Below are positions 9,461-19,172 of a stretch of DNA of 64,000 bases, piece after piece. The notes beneath the pieces were generated by a model. The model did no database searches. It was not told where the DNA came from and saw only the letters and a program-made list of their open reading frames with translations. The translations under genes and the position numbers were made by a program. How positions within the stretch are numbered: position 1 is the stretch's first letter; each line of letters starts with the position of its first letter. This DNA is from Candidatus Poribacteria bacterium. Its GTDB lineage: Bacteria; Poribacteria; WGA-4E; PCPOR2b. The stretch lies in NCBI GenBank assembly GCA_965208325.1, contig OZ242326.1, positions 4,032,001 through 4,096,000 on the forward strand, in the 5' to 3' direction.

Positions 9461-12097
9461 TTATTTGTTGTTTAACTCGCTGTCCTGCTCGCCCCATGAT
9501 GCATAGTAAATGGCGTTAAACAACAGCTTAAACGTCCCTTGGGATTGCGCGCGGTGCTGAGGCTTGAAGCCGAATAAGATGATATGCCCTTTTCCAAGTT
9601 TGACATCCCAGAGCGCGCCTTTTCGTCGGATGCGTTTATCGCCCTGAATCCAGCCGCTCATGAGCGGATTAAAGTCAGGATAGGAGGCAACGGGCTTCCC
9701 GCCTCTCGCCTCAAGAGCTGGTCCTGACTTGAAAAATACTGCCATTTCACGATCTAGTCCATACCCAATCGGATGCGTTGTATCGACGAAAACACGCAGC
9801 AGCGATCCGGGACAGAAGAATGGATCAAGCTTGGTTGCCTGCTGATTGGATTCGCCGGGCGGATCAAGAGCGTTATTAATGTCCAGTCCGAAATAACGTC
9901 CTGGAAGCTGCGACGCGCGGTTCAGACAGATAAGGGTGCCACCGTTTTCAACGAAGGTACGAAGATTAGCGGCGCCCTCCAACCCGATTCCGCCGACATA
10001 TTCCGGCGGTAATGCGCCTTCAGCGTGACCGTTAATCGTTTTTGATGGGTTCATATCGGGCAGGATAATTGCATCGTATCGATTATCTAAATCGCCAGAT
10101 CGTATCTCAGCATCGGTTAGACTGCGATAGGCGAATTCGTGCTGGTCTAGCACCCACCGAGTCCAACCTTCATCCATATTGGCGACCCAAGGTTTGTAGA
10201 GCCCTAGACGGGGCCGCGTTAACTTCACATCTGGATCTTTATCGGGCAGAACAGCCATTGCGTGGATTTCAATTCCTAATGAATGAGCGAGTTCTTGAAG
10301 ATTGGTTGAAGCAAGCTGTGGAATTTCTGTCGTCGTGATTAAAATAGATCCGCGTGGAAAATTTTGACCGCCTATTGCATGTGCTTTAGGCGACCAGTAG
10401 AGCGTGTATCCTTCCGAAGCTAGCAATCGATTGAGTGCAATAGTCTCTGCGTTTGTTTGGTTTTTGAAAAGATACGCAACAGGGTCAGATACCGTGTGTA
10501 ATCGCCCCTGCAATTTTGGAATTTCTTCCACTCGGATGAGATGGGCGTCGAAGTCGTCAACGACCGTGATTACTTTCACGCCCATCTGTAACGGGAGCGT
10601 CCAGCCAGCGATGTCATACGGACGTTCGGGCGGCGCGTTGGGACCTGCGCGCCGTTCCGGGTATTTCTGCACTTCTAGCAAATCTTTGGCATGTCCGCGA
10701 AACGGCTGCGCCATCGAAATTACGTAGGTGCCCGCAGGATATTCGACGCCATCCGCAGAAAAGCTTGCATTTGCCCGATGAATCTCTACGCCGCCATGCT
10801 GCAAGATACTTAGCATATTTAGCGCGTTATTGAGGTCGCGTTGGTTAAGCGGCACAAGAAATGCTCGCGGCGGCTCACTATTCCCCTTTTCCACTGCAAG
10901 GCGTCCCATTTTGACGAAATTTGAGAGGAACATCGTCTTATGTTTGGCGACGCACGAAAGAATTGAAAACGACGCAGACAGTTCATAGTCAATGATGTTA
11001 CGTAACCGCCACCAACCGCCGGGCCACGGCTCAGGGAAGTTGGTCTGCAGTGAATACTTTCCGAGACCGCGTCGGTGCCCTTTCAAGGTGCTGCGAGGTT
11101 GAAAGATTGGCGAAGCGATGTTGACTCTCGCAGCTTCGGTCAGTATGCCCACCATGTTATGGCGATAAGGTACGGTGCGAAAACCTCCGTGCCACCACAT
11201 GTCGTATACTGCGCTGGAGAGAACACCGGTGAATCCCTGCGAAGTGAGATCCAGCGCGATTTGTGCACCGATCAGGGAGAGTTCGCGCTGTAGAATCGGG
11301 TGGATATTGGGATTTACGGGATCGAAATATGGGGGGATGACAAACCGTGCGCCTCTATTGCCCATCTCGTGAACATCGTAGACGACTTGAGGAAACCATT
11401 CCTCATAAAGGATTCGGGTTACGATTTGCGTCTCAATCTGCGTTAGCATGAACCAATCACGGTTGTTATCGTGGCCAGTGTATTTGTGATATAGCCAAGG
11501 CATGGGCGAACCCTCATACGGCGTGCCGACGCAGCGATTGTACCAATCGATGACCATGTTCAACCCGTCAGGATTCGAGGAAGGAATTAGCAGAATAATC
11601 ACATTTTCGAGAATTTCTTGGATTTGTTTCGTATTTTCGGTCGCGAGCCGAAAGGCGAGTTCCATAGACATCTGTGACGATGCAATCTCTGTCGAGTGTA
11701 AATTGCAGTTAATTAGAACGACTGCTTTGCCTTCACGACAAAGCTGGTCCAATTCAGATGCATCCTGTCCGCGCGGATCGGCGAGTTTTCCCTGAATCGC
11801 TTTGAAATATTCCCGGTTCGCCAAATTTTCTGGCGACGATATTAACACGAGCGCAAAATCGTGTCCTTCCGTGGTTTTGCCGTGATTCTCCAGAATTACC
11901 CGATCAGAAACCTCGGCCAATTGTTTCAGATAATCTGTAATTGACTCCCAACGCGCCAATTTGTAGTCGCCGCCGACACGGAAGCCAAGCACATCTTCTG
12001 GGTTGCTAATCTCAGCCTTAGCGGAAGCAAGGGCGAGAAATAGAGAGACGACACCAATGATAAGCTGGGAAAATGCGTTACGCAACATATTGCTCAA
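9461..12097 (-). CDS. Secreted M14 family zinc carboxypeptidase with a C-terminal GATase-like domain
   Basis: NLHSTE (HxxE), NPDG, DNNRDW, YDVHEMG, PYDIAGWTLP and MDEGWTRW motifs, plus a signal peptide. Start at TTG 12097 (AGGAGG upstream) or ATG 12088 is more likely than 12202. Confidence 0.88.
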   Translation of the reverse strand: MSNMLRNAFSQLIIGVVSLFLALASAKAEISNPEDVLGFRVGGDYKLARWESITDYLKQLAEVSDRVILENHGKTTEGHDFALVLISSPENLANREYFKAIQGKLADPRGQDASELDQLCREGKAVVLINCNLHSTEIASSQMSMELAFRLATENTKQIQEILENVIILLIPSSNPDGLNMVIDWYNRCVGTPYEGSPMPWLYHKYTGHDNNRDWFMLTQIETQIVTRILYEEWFPQVVYDVHEMGNRGARFVIPPYFDPVNPNIHPILQRELSLIGAQIALDLTSQGFTGVLSSAVYDMWWHGGFRTVPYRHNMVGILTEAARVNIASPIFQPRSTLKGHRRGLGKYSLQTNFPEPWPGGWWRLRNIIDYELSASFSILSCVAKHKTMFLSNFVKMGRLAVEKGNSEPPRAFLVPLNQRDLNNALNMLSILQHGGVEIHRANASFSADGVEYPAGTYVISMAQPFRGHAKDLLEVQKYPERRAGPNAPPERPYDIAGWTLPLQMGVKVITVVDDFDAHLIRVEEIPKLQGRLHTVSDPVAYLFKNQTNAETIALNRLLASEGYTLYWSPKAHAIGGQNFPRGSILITTTEIPQLASTNLQELAHSLGIEIHAMAVLPDKDPDVKLTRPRLGLYKPWVANMDEGWTRWVLDQHEFAYRSLTDAEIRSGDLDNRYDAIILPDMNPSKTINGHAEGALPPEYVGGIGLEGAANLRTFVENGGTLICLNRASQLPGRYFGLDINNALDPPGESNQQATKLDPFFCPGSLLRVFVDTTHPIGYGLDREMAVFFKSGPALEARGGKPVASYPDFNPLMSGWIQGDKRIRRKGALWDVKLGKGHIILFGFKPQHRAQSQGTFKLLFNAIYYASWGEQDSELNNK

Positions 12098-12214
12098 TAA
12101 TCTTGTCCTCCTTCGCACACGAAACGCGTCAGATTTACTACTGCTGAAATTGTACCACATAGTCGACCTTAGCACCAACCCATCGCGAGATGAATATTGC
12201 ATAAGCCAATGGAT

Positions 12215-13846
12215 AAGAACTGTGATATTTTTGATTAAATGATGGGCTATGATTAAATTGAGTCATTTGGGTACATATATACACAAGGCGTGAATGAAAA
12301 TCGAGGCTGGGAAGCCTCTCCCACAGACCGATGAGCCAATGAATGATTTCTGATAATCGAGCTTGATGGGGTTGCGTGAGGTTACAAAAGCGTTGGGTTT
12401 CGCGCCGTGTGTATTTACCATAGCATCATTAGAAATTCTGAACGTCGATTGCAGCCTGAACCGTTTTGGGATTATCCGCTCTACCCAACCTACAAGAACT
12501 GTGATTGAATGATGGGTTATGAATTATTTGAGTCAATTGGGTACATTTATACACAAGGCGTGAATGAAAATCGAGGCTGGGAAGCCTCTCCCACAGCGCA
12601 ATGAGCCAATGAATGATTTCTGATAATCGAGCTTGATGGGGTTGCGTGAGGTTACAAAAGCGTTGGGTTTCGCGCCGTGTGTATTTACCATAGCATCATT
12701 AGAAATTCTGAACGTCGATTGCAGCCTGAACCGTTTTGGGATTATCCGCTCTACCCAACCTACAAGAACTGTGATTGAATGATGGGTTATGAATTATTTG
12801 AGTCAATTGGGTACATTTATACACAAGGCGTGAATGAAAATCGAGGCTGGGAAGCCTCTCCCACAGCGCAATGAGCCAATGAATGATTTCTGATAATCGA
12901 GCTTGATGGGGTTGCGTGAGGTTACAAAAGCGTTGGGTTTCGCGCCGTGTGTATTTACCATAGCATCATTAGAAATTCTGAACGTCGATTGCAGCCTGAA
13001 CCGTTTTGGGATTATCCGCTCTACCCAACCTACAAGAACTGTGATTGAATGATGGGTTATGAATTATTTGAGTCATTTGGGTACATTTATACACAAGGCG
13101 TGAATGAAAATCGAGGCTGGGAAGCCTCTCCCACAGACCGGTGAGTCTATGGATGATTTCTGATAATCGAGGTCGATAGGGTTGCGTGAGGTTACAAAAG
13201 CGTTGGGTTTCGCTCCGCGTGTATTTACCATAGCATCATTAGAAATTCTGAACGTCGATTGCAGCCTGAACCGTTTTGGGATTATCCGCTCTACCCAACC
13301 TACAAGAACTGTGATTGAATGATGGGTTATGAATGATTTGAGTCAATTGGGTACATATATACACAAGGCGTGAATGAAAATCGAGGCTGGGAAGCCTCTC
13401 CCACAGCGCAATGAGCCAATGAATGATTTCTGATAATCGAGCTTGATGGGGTTGCGTGAGGTTACAAAAGCGTTGGGTTTCGCGCCGTGTGTATTTACCA
13501 TAGCATCATTAGAAATTCTGAACGTCGATTGCAGCCTGAACCGTTTTGGGATTATCCGCTCTACCCAACCTACAAGAACTGAGTTTGAATGACGGGTTAT
13601 GAATGATTTGAGTCATTTGGGTACATATATACACAAGGAGTGATTGCAAATTGAGGCTGGGAAGCCTCTCCCACAGACCGGTGAGTCTATGGATGATTTC
13701 TGATAATCGAGGTCGATAGGGTTGCGTGAGGCTACAAAAGCGTTGGGTTTCGCTCCGCGTGTATTTACAATAGTATTATTAGGAATTCGGTACGTAAATT
13801 GCAGCCTGAACCGTTTTGGAAGTATCCGCTCTAAACAACCTACAAG
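12215..13846. repeat. Tandem array of six near-identical 270-bp units (BIME-like, two REP types per unit)
   Basis: Units start at 12241, 12511, 12781, 13051, 13321 and 13591. Each has a GTGG-type hairpin (GAGGC-TGGGAA-GCCTC-TCCCAC) and the extended-loop GTAG REP. Confidence 0.95.
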
Positions 13847-13848
13847 CA

Positions 13849-16242
13849 CTATGCGATGCGTCTTGCTTCACTCTTCGGATGCCAGAATGCAGAAATCAAC
13901 GCCGTAATGGGAATCGTTAGCACGAGTCCAAGTGTGCCGGCTAGCAACCGCACGACCTCAGCGGAGGCAGTGCCGATGCTCAAGAGTTCGACAACAGGGG
14001 ATCGGAATAGATCTAAGTTTGGCGCTGTTGCAGCCAATACAAACAGCAACTCCACACCGAGATAAGCGAATACCAATGTGTTCACCATTGTGCCGAGAAT
14101 ATCGGTACCGACGTTCATTCCAGATGTAATCAATCGCCATGTCGGCATATTCGGATTTGCGCGGCGAATCTCTTCCATCGATGAGGAAACCTCAATAGCG
14201 CCATCCACCGCTACGCCAAGCACACCCATCAACATCCCCGCCATGAGTACTTGGCGAAAATCAAATGGCGGTTTACGAATGGCTTCGATGATGTCCGCAG
14301 AGACCGCGTTCTCTAAGCCGGAGAAGTGGAGATAGTTCTGCGAATACATCACGATAAGCCCTGCGACGAGAATACCTCCCATTGTTCCAAACACGGCTGA
14401 GAATGTTTTTCGACTCGGTCCAATCACAAACACCAAGGACACAAACGCGACTAAACCGGAGGTCAGCGTGACAATTACCACAGCGTTTTTCCCCTGTGAA
14501 ATCAGGGGGAGCATGAAGAAGTAGAGAATTAGCCCCGAAATTGCCATAGCGCAGACAGTACGTACGCCTTCATTTCGCCCGACCACGATTATGGCAACAA
14601 GCATTAATCCAAGCATCCACAGCAGGAATCGATCCCGACCATACTCCTGTATAATGTTGACGAGGCTGAATTGATCGGGGGAGCCGCCTACGCGGCAGAG
14701 AATAGTGTCCCCCGGATTGGCGGGGATGCTCAACAACGGCATACTGTGGTTGAGGATGTTTCGCAAAACGATGCGTTCCCCTTTGTAGAGTCCCGAAAGC
14801 ATTTCAACTTCAAGGATTTGATGCTCCGTAATCTCGTTCATCGGGTTGGATTCAAGGAGGCGGATGACTTTCCCTTTTGCGTACTCGGAACGGAATGTAA
14901 GCTCACCGTTCTCATTGCGCTGTTCGATAATTGTCGCTGAAGCATTGTTAACGCGATTGTGAAAGAATTGCATACCGACCAACACAACTATCAATGCAAT
15001 GGGTACGGCTAGACGCGCTTTACCGCCTGAATCGCCGCGGTAGCGTTGTTCGATTTCTTCTGCTGAGGGGAGGTCCTCGTGAATATCTAACGGCTTGACC
15101 TTGGTATATCGAGTCAATATGCCAGCGATTGCCGCGGCGATGGGAACCGTCAGGACCAGGCCAATTGTTCCGACGATGGCTCGTATGACAGCGACCGCCG
15201 TTGCTTCCTCATTCATCAGGCGGACGAACGGATAGAGCATTCCAACTTCGGGGAATTCAATCCGTGGGAGCAGCATTGTAATCATGTGTGCGCCGAGGTA
15301 GGCAAAGATGAGCGTATCAGCCATAGTCCCCATAATGTCTCGACCGACATTAAGTCCAACGCGGATTGCTTGGCGTACGGTGACATTTGGGTTGACCTGC
15401 TTAACCTCATAAACGGAGGAAGAGATGGACATGCCCACATCCATCATTGCGCCAACAGCACCTAAAATCATCCCCGATACGAGTATACCTTCGAAATTCC
15501 AATTGTGAGAAGCCGGCGTTCGCCAGAGTGCCAGTCCAAGTTCGAGAAATCCGAACTCTTGCGCTAATCCTGTCAGAATCATGGTGTTCATGCTGATGAC
15601 GGAAAGAATTCCAACGGCGACCAAACCGCCGAGCGTTCCCAATACGCCCGAAATGACCTTGAAGCTAAACCCGGTAATCAAGACAAAAGTCGTGAGCGTA
15701 AGAAAAGCTGATACGAGCAAGGTAACAACGATAGGATTAAAGCCTTTAATAGTCAGGGGAACCAAGACGTAGAGAACGACGAACGCTGTAACGAAAAGCG
15801 TTAGGATTGCCCGTAAGCCCTTCATTCCAGCCACCAAAATCATTAAGCATCCCAATAAACCTGCAAGATAGAGCAAAAATGGGGCACGGAAATATTCGAG
15901 CATCCTTGCATCTTCGATTGCGGTTTGATTTTGGTATCGGAGGGGAATTTCAAGGAAAAGGACATTCCCTTTCCGAAGTACCCGATCGCCGAACGCTCGT
16001 CCTGTCCAAATATTGTCGATTTGTACGGTTTGCCCCCTAAATTCGCCTGAAATAACCTGAAAGGTCAAAATCTGGTCGGCTTCATCACTCGTATCCACGG
16101 TTGTGACTCGACCTAGGCAAACGAGAGTTTTCAATGCGCCTTGATGCACAATCTCGGAAAACTGAAACAGTTTAATATGCAAAAACAAGATGATTACGAG
16201 GATTGTCAGAACACCAAAAACCCTTAATTTCCAGTCCGTCAT
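13849..16242 (-). CDS. YibE/F family membrane protein with two tandem YibE/F modules
   Basis: Two homologous halves (GMILGAVGAMMDV...VGRDIMGTMADTLIFAYLG...GTIGLVLTVPI and GMLMGVLGVAVDG...VGTDILGTMVNTLVFAYLG...GTLGLVLTIPI). AGGAG RBS. Confidence 0.85.
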   Translation of the reverse strand: MTDWKLRVFGVLTILVIILFLHIKLFQFSEIVHQGALKTLVCLGRVTTVDTSDEADQILTFQVISGEFRGQTVQIDNIWTGRAFGDRVLRKGNVLFLEIPLRYQNQTAIEDARMLEYFRAPFLLYLAGLLGCLMILVAGMKGLRAILTLFVTAFVVLYVLVPLTIKGFNPIVVTLLVSAFLTLTTFVLITGFSFKVISGVLGTLGGLVAVGILSVISMNTMILTGLAQEFGFLELGLALWRTPASHNWNFEGILVSGMILGAVGAMMDVGMSISSSVYEVKQVNPNVTVRQAIRVGLNVGRDIMGTMADTLIFAYLGAHMITMLLPRIEFPEVGMLYPFVRLMNEEATAVAVIRAIVGTIGLVLTVPIAAAIAGILTRYTKVKPLDIHEDLPSAEEIEQRYRGDSGGKARLAVPIALIVVLVGMQFFHNRVNNASATIIEQRNENGELTFRSEYAKGKVIRLLESNPMNEITEHQILEVEMLSGLYKGERIVLRNILNHSMPLLSIPANPGDTILCRVGGSPDQFSLVNIIQEYGRDRFLLWMLGLMLVAIIVVGRNEGVRTVCAMAISGLILYFFMLPLISQGKNAVVIVTLTSGLVAFVSLVFVIGPSRKTFSAVFGTMGGILVAGLIVMYSQNYLHFSGLENAVSADIIEAIRKPPFDFRQVLMAGMLMGVLGVAVDGAIEVSSSMEEIRRANPNMPTWRLITSGMNVGTDILGTMVNTLVFAYLGVELLFVLAATAPNLDLFRSPVVELLSIGTASAEVVRLLAGTLGLVLTIPITALISAFWHPKSEARRIA

Positions 16243-16699
16243 TCAGGTTCTCCTGTTTATCTGTGGTAAATCAAACGGGAAACGGGGGTGCGGGGGACGT
16301 TGCGGCATATGCAACAAGGATACCGAATTACACGTAAATCCGTCGTCGATTTTTTCACATCCGCAAACATTGCAAGGATAACACATAATGGAAGACAGTG
16401 CAATATATAAGCAGACCGCAGAAATGTGCGGCGTTGACAACGATTCAGACTGCAAACCGGTGGAACAGTACGTTCTTGATTTCCATTAGCGGATACAGGG
16501 TGTTGTTCTTCTAACGGGAGTTTTGAAAATTCGGCGTGTGTACGTGATCCGTCCACCAAAACGAATTCAGATGCGCCAGCCACCGATTGTGAACAATGAA
16601 CACGTTTGAAAATCTGCTGGGCGGCGTTTCCGTTATGGGGGCATAGGTAGTTGGCAAATAAGGAAGGTTTATCGGGATTGTATTGCTTCTTAGCATTGA

Positions 16700-16796
16700 G
16701 CGGGGCAAGATGCCCCGCCTACAGGACATGGTGGTACACGCGGGTCAAGGCAGATCGCTGTCGCGCTCTCTATTCAGTCGCTTGATCCCCGCCTAC
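16700..16796. repeat. REP pair: one canonical copy plus a loop-expanded variant
   Basis: GCGGGGCAAGATGCCCCGCCTAC at 16700-16722, then GCGGGTCAAG-N31-CTTGATCCCCGCCTAC at 16740-16796. Confidence 0.7.
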
Positions 16797-16933
16797 CGGG
16801 CGTGGCGGCGTACTGAACCAATTCGTGGAAAGTGACATGGAAGGGAGTGATAGGAGGCGGGATTTGCTTTGTTTTTTTATTTAGCTGAGCAAGTCGTATT
16901 ATCTGTATCAAAAGCTCGATTTCTATATTGCTT

Positions 16934-18169
16934 CTAAAACCATTCTTTCATACGCCTAAGGATTTGTTCAAACAGGTTTCCCTTGATAAATGTACGTTTG
17001 GGTTCTATTTGGCGTTGCGACGCGCCATAGATTACTAGGCCGACGCCAGTTGCATAAATCGGATTGTGAATCCTGTCCGTTAATCCTTTTAGTGGACGTG
17101 GATAGCCTATTCTCACCGGATACGGGAAAGTCTGTTCAGCAAGTTCGAGCAGCCCATCAAGGAGCGAGGAACCTCCAGTAAGCACGACACCGGAAGGAAT
17201 GTGGAGATGGCTTTTGGCAATTTCTTGACCGATTAAATCGAGCATTTCTCCCATACGACATTGAATAATCTCGGTTAAGTCCCGTTTAGTGACGAAGCGA
17301 GTTCTTCGTGTTCCGCCGACGGTTGAGATTGGAATAGTATCATCCGCCTCAATTATATCAACACATGCGCAGCCTCGAGTGACCTTGAGTTTCTCCGCAT
17401 CCTGATGGGTCATCTTCAATAGTTGGGCGATATCGCTGGTTACATGATCTCCGCCAAGCGAAAGGACTGCGGTATGATGCGGCGCACCATCTTTATACAC
17501 AACGGTATCTGTAGTTCCACCTCCCATGTCAGCAAGAACGACGCCAAGATTCTTTTCCTCACTTGATAAAACTGCGCCAGCGGAAGCGATTGGTTCGAGA
17601 ACGATATTTTCAACGGAGATTCCTGTGTTATAAACACTTCTGACAAGGTTTTGTGCTGAAGCGACCGCGCCGGTAATAATGTGAACGTATGCTTCGAGAC
17701 GAACACCGGACATGCCCACCGGCTCTTTAATTCCATCTTGATTATCAACGACAAATCCTTGCGGAATAACGTGAAGCACCTCTCGTTCAACCGGGATTGA
17801 AATAGCTTGCGCAGCGCTAATGGCTCGATCTACATCGGACTGGGTGATTTCGCGGCCTTCGCCTGCTACTGCGACAACGCCATTCTGTGTTTGTCCGGTG
17901 ATATGACCTCCCGCAATGCCTGCATATACGGATCCAATCTCGACGCCTGCCATTAACTCAGCATTTGCGATTGCTTCTCGAATTGCGGTGCTGGTGAGAT
18001 CGATATCGACGACAACTCCTTTCCGCAATCCTTTGGAAGGCGCTGTTCCAACACCAATAATCTCGATTTTTTCCGGATCACCCTGCCAAGTATTCCCAAT
18101 AATTGCGGCAATTTTGCTTGTCCCGATGTCCAGTCCAACAACGATATCTTCTCTATCCATGCAATTCAC
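16934..18169 (-). CDS. ftsA: Cell division protein FtsA
   Basis: VGLDIGTSK, GLRKGVVVDI, GMSGVRLE, DMGGGTTD and VVLTGGSS motifs, plus a C-terminal amphipathic helix LFEQILRRMKEWF. Confidence 0.97.
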   Translation of the reverse strand: MNCMDREDIVVGLDIGTSKIAAIIGNTWQGDPEKIEIIGVGTAPSKGLRKGVVVDIDLTSTAIREAIANAELMAGVEIGSVYAGIAGGHITGQTQNGVVAVAGEGREITQSDVDRAISAAQAISIPVEREVLHVIPQGFVVDNQDGIKEPVGMSGVRLEAYVHIITGAVASAQNLVRSVYNTGISVENIVLEPIASAGAVLSSEEKNLGVVLADMGGGTTDTVVYKDGAPHHTAVLSLGGDHVTSDIAQLLKMTHQDAEKLKVTRGCACVDIIEADDTIPISTVGGTRRTRFVTKRDLTEIIQCRMGEMLDLIGQEIAKSHLHIPSGVVLTGGSSLLDGLLELAEQTFPYPVRIGYPRPLKGLTDRIHNPIYATGVGLVIYGASQRQIEPKRTFIKGNLFEQILRRMKEWF

Positions 18170-18201
18170 CTCCTTCTTGAAACTATCTGTTTAGCGCTTA
18201 C

Positions 18202-18993
18202 TCAGGTAATTCGCCCCAAATAAATTGCATCCGCAAACCTTGCATCCAAATAGGCTTTTCTACGATTTCGGTTCTTTTGCTTAACCACTTCTGTTCGGTT
18301 TTTCAGGAATAAATCTATATTATTGAGTCCTGTTTCTACGAGGTCCGATGAAAGCCAGACCACAGGCAAGCCGCCATCAAGTTGGAGGGTGATTTTTTCA
18401 GGATTATTAGCGTCAATTGTGCGGATTCTCGCAGCAATCTCAGGGGTTAAATTCAGCACGGTCCGCAGCACGCGTAATGCCAATTGTACATGTTCTGAAT
18501 ATATATAAGTATCGGGTTCAGGCAATTGTCCTTGAGTATGAGCAACTATAGTAACTGATGAATTTGCAGCCTTTGGAGAATCGATAAATCTCATTACGTA
18601 TCCATCCACATCGACCTGAAGAAAACGAACTTCATGATTCATATTATATTTTAACAGCGCCCACGGCTTTTCTTTGGTGTTCTCCCCATCATTCCGGTTT
18701 GGTTTTCCCTCACTGCCATTTGAGGCATTTGAATGATCGCCAAGCACAGAGACGTTTTTGGCTCTCACGTCGAAAAAATCGCGTTCGGAGGTGATAAAAT
18801 ATATGAATGCCAATACAGTAACAAACGTTAATCCGATGGCAAACCTGCGTTTAACCTGAAAGCGCGAAATTCCATGTTCCGGGCGCAGCCACACCTTCCG
18901 CTGCGCCGAATGTTTCCCTGATGCGCGCGGTGAAACATCGGTGGGGCGGCGCGTTTTTATTTGTAATCTTTTCAATGAGGATTTTTTGCGCAT
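18202..18993 (-). CDS. ftsQ: FtsQ/DivIB-like protein (atypical)
   Basis: Lies between murC and ftsA. Basic cytoplasmic N-terminus, one TM helix, EKPWA...VDVDG and C-terminal YLDARF, typical of the FtsQ beta domain. Confidence 0.6.
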   Translation of the reverse strand: MRKKSSLKRLQIKTRRPTDVSPRASGKHSAQRKVWLRPEHGISRFQVKRRFAIGLTFVTVLAFIYFITSERDFFDVRAKNVSVLGDHSNASNGSEGKPNRNDGENTKEKPWALLKYNMNHEVRFLQVDVDGYVMRFIDSPKAANSSVTIVAHTQGQLPEPDTYIYSEHVQLALRVLRTVLNLTPEIAARIRTIDANNPEKITLQLDGGLPVVWLSSDLVETGLNNIDLFLKNRTEVVKQKNRNRRKAYLDARFADAIYLGRIT

Positions 18994-19172
18994 GAAAATG
19001 TACGATTTCGGGTTGAAATATGGTAAATCCCAGACCAGAAAGATAATGATGTGTTGATATCCTTAATTAACCGGTAAAAATTACCGTGTAGTACATCTAA
19101 ACATAACAGCGCTGCAAAAACAACCACATTCGCTGTCTGCGTAATTGATTGAACTAAAATCGGCCGTTGAAT

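Noticed and set aside
12215..13846. 270-bp array as a CRISPR or other repeat-spacer array
   Set aside because: Units are near-identical along their whole length with no unique spacers, and no cas genes are in the window.
12241..13907. Array as a repeat-protein gene (270 = 90 codons; ORFs 13613-13849 and 13722-13907)
   Set aside because: The most open minus-strand frame is closed by TGA in every unit, and there is no clear RBS or recognisable protein. Small peptides cannot be fully excluded.
16243..16729. Short ORFs between the YibE/F gene and ftsA as an ftsZ remnant or small genes
   Set aside because: No tubulin signature (GGGTGTG) or other motif, weak starts, and one overlaps a REP.
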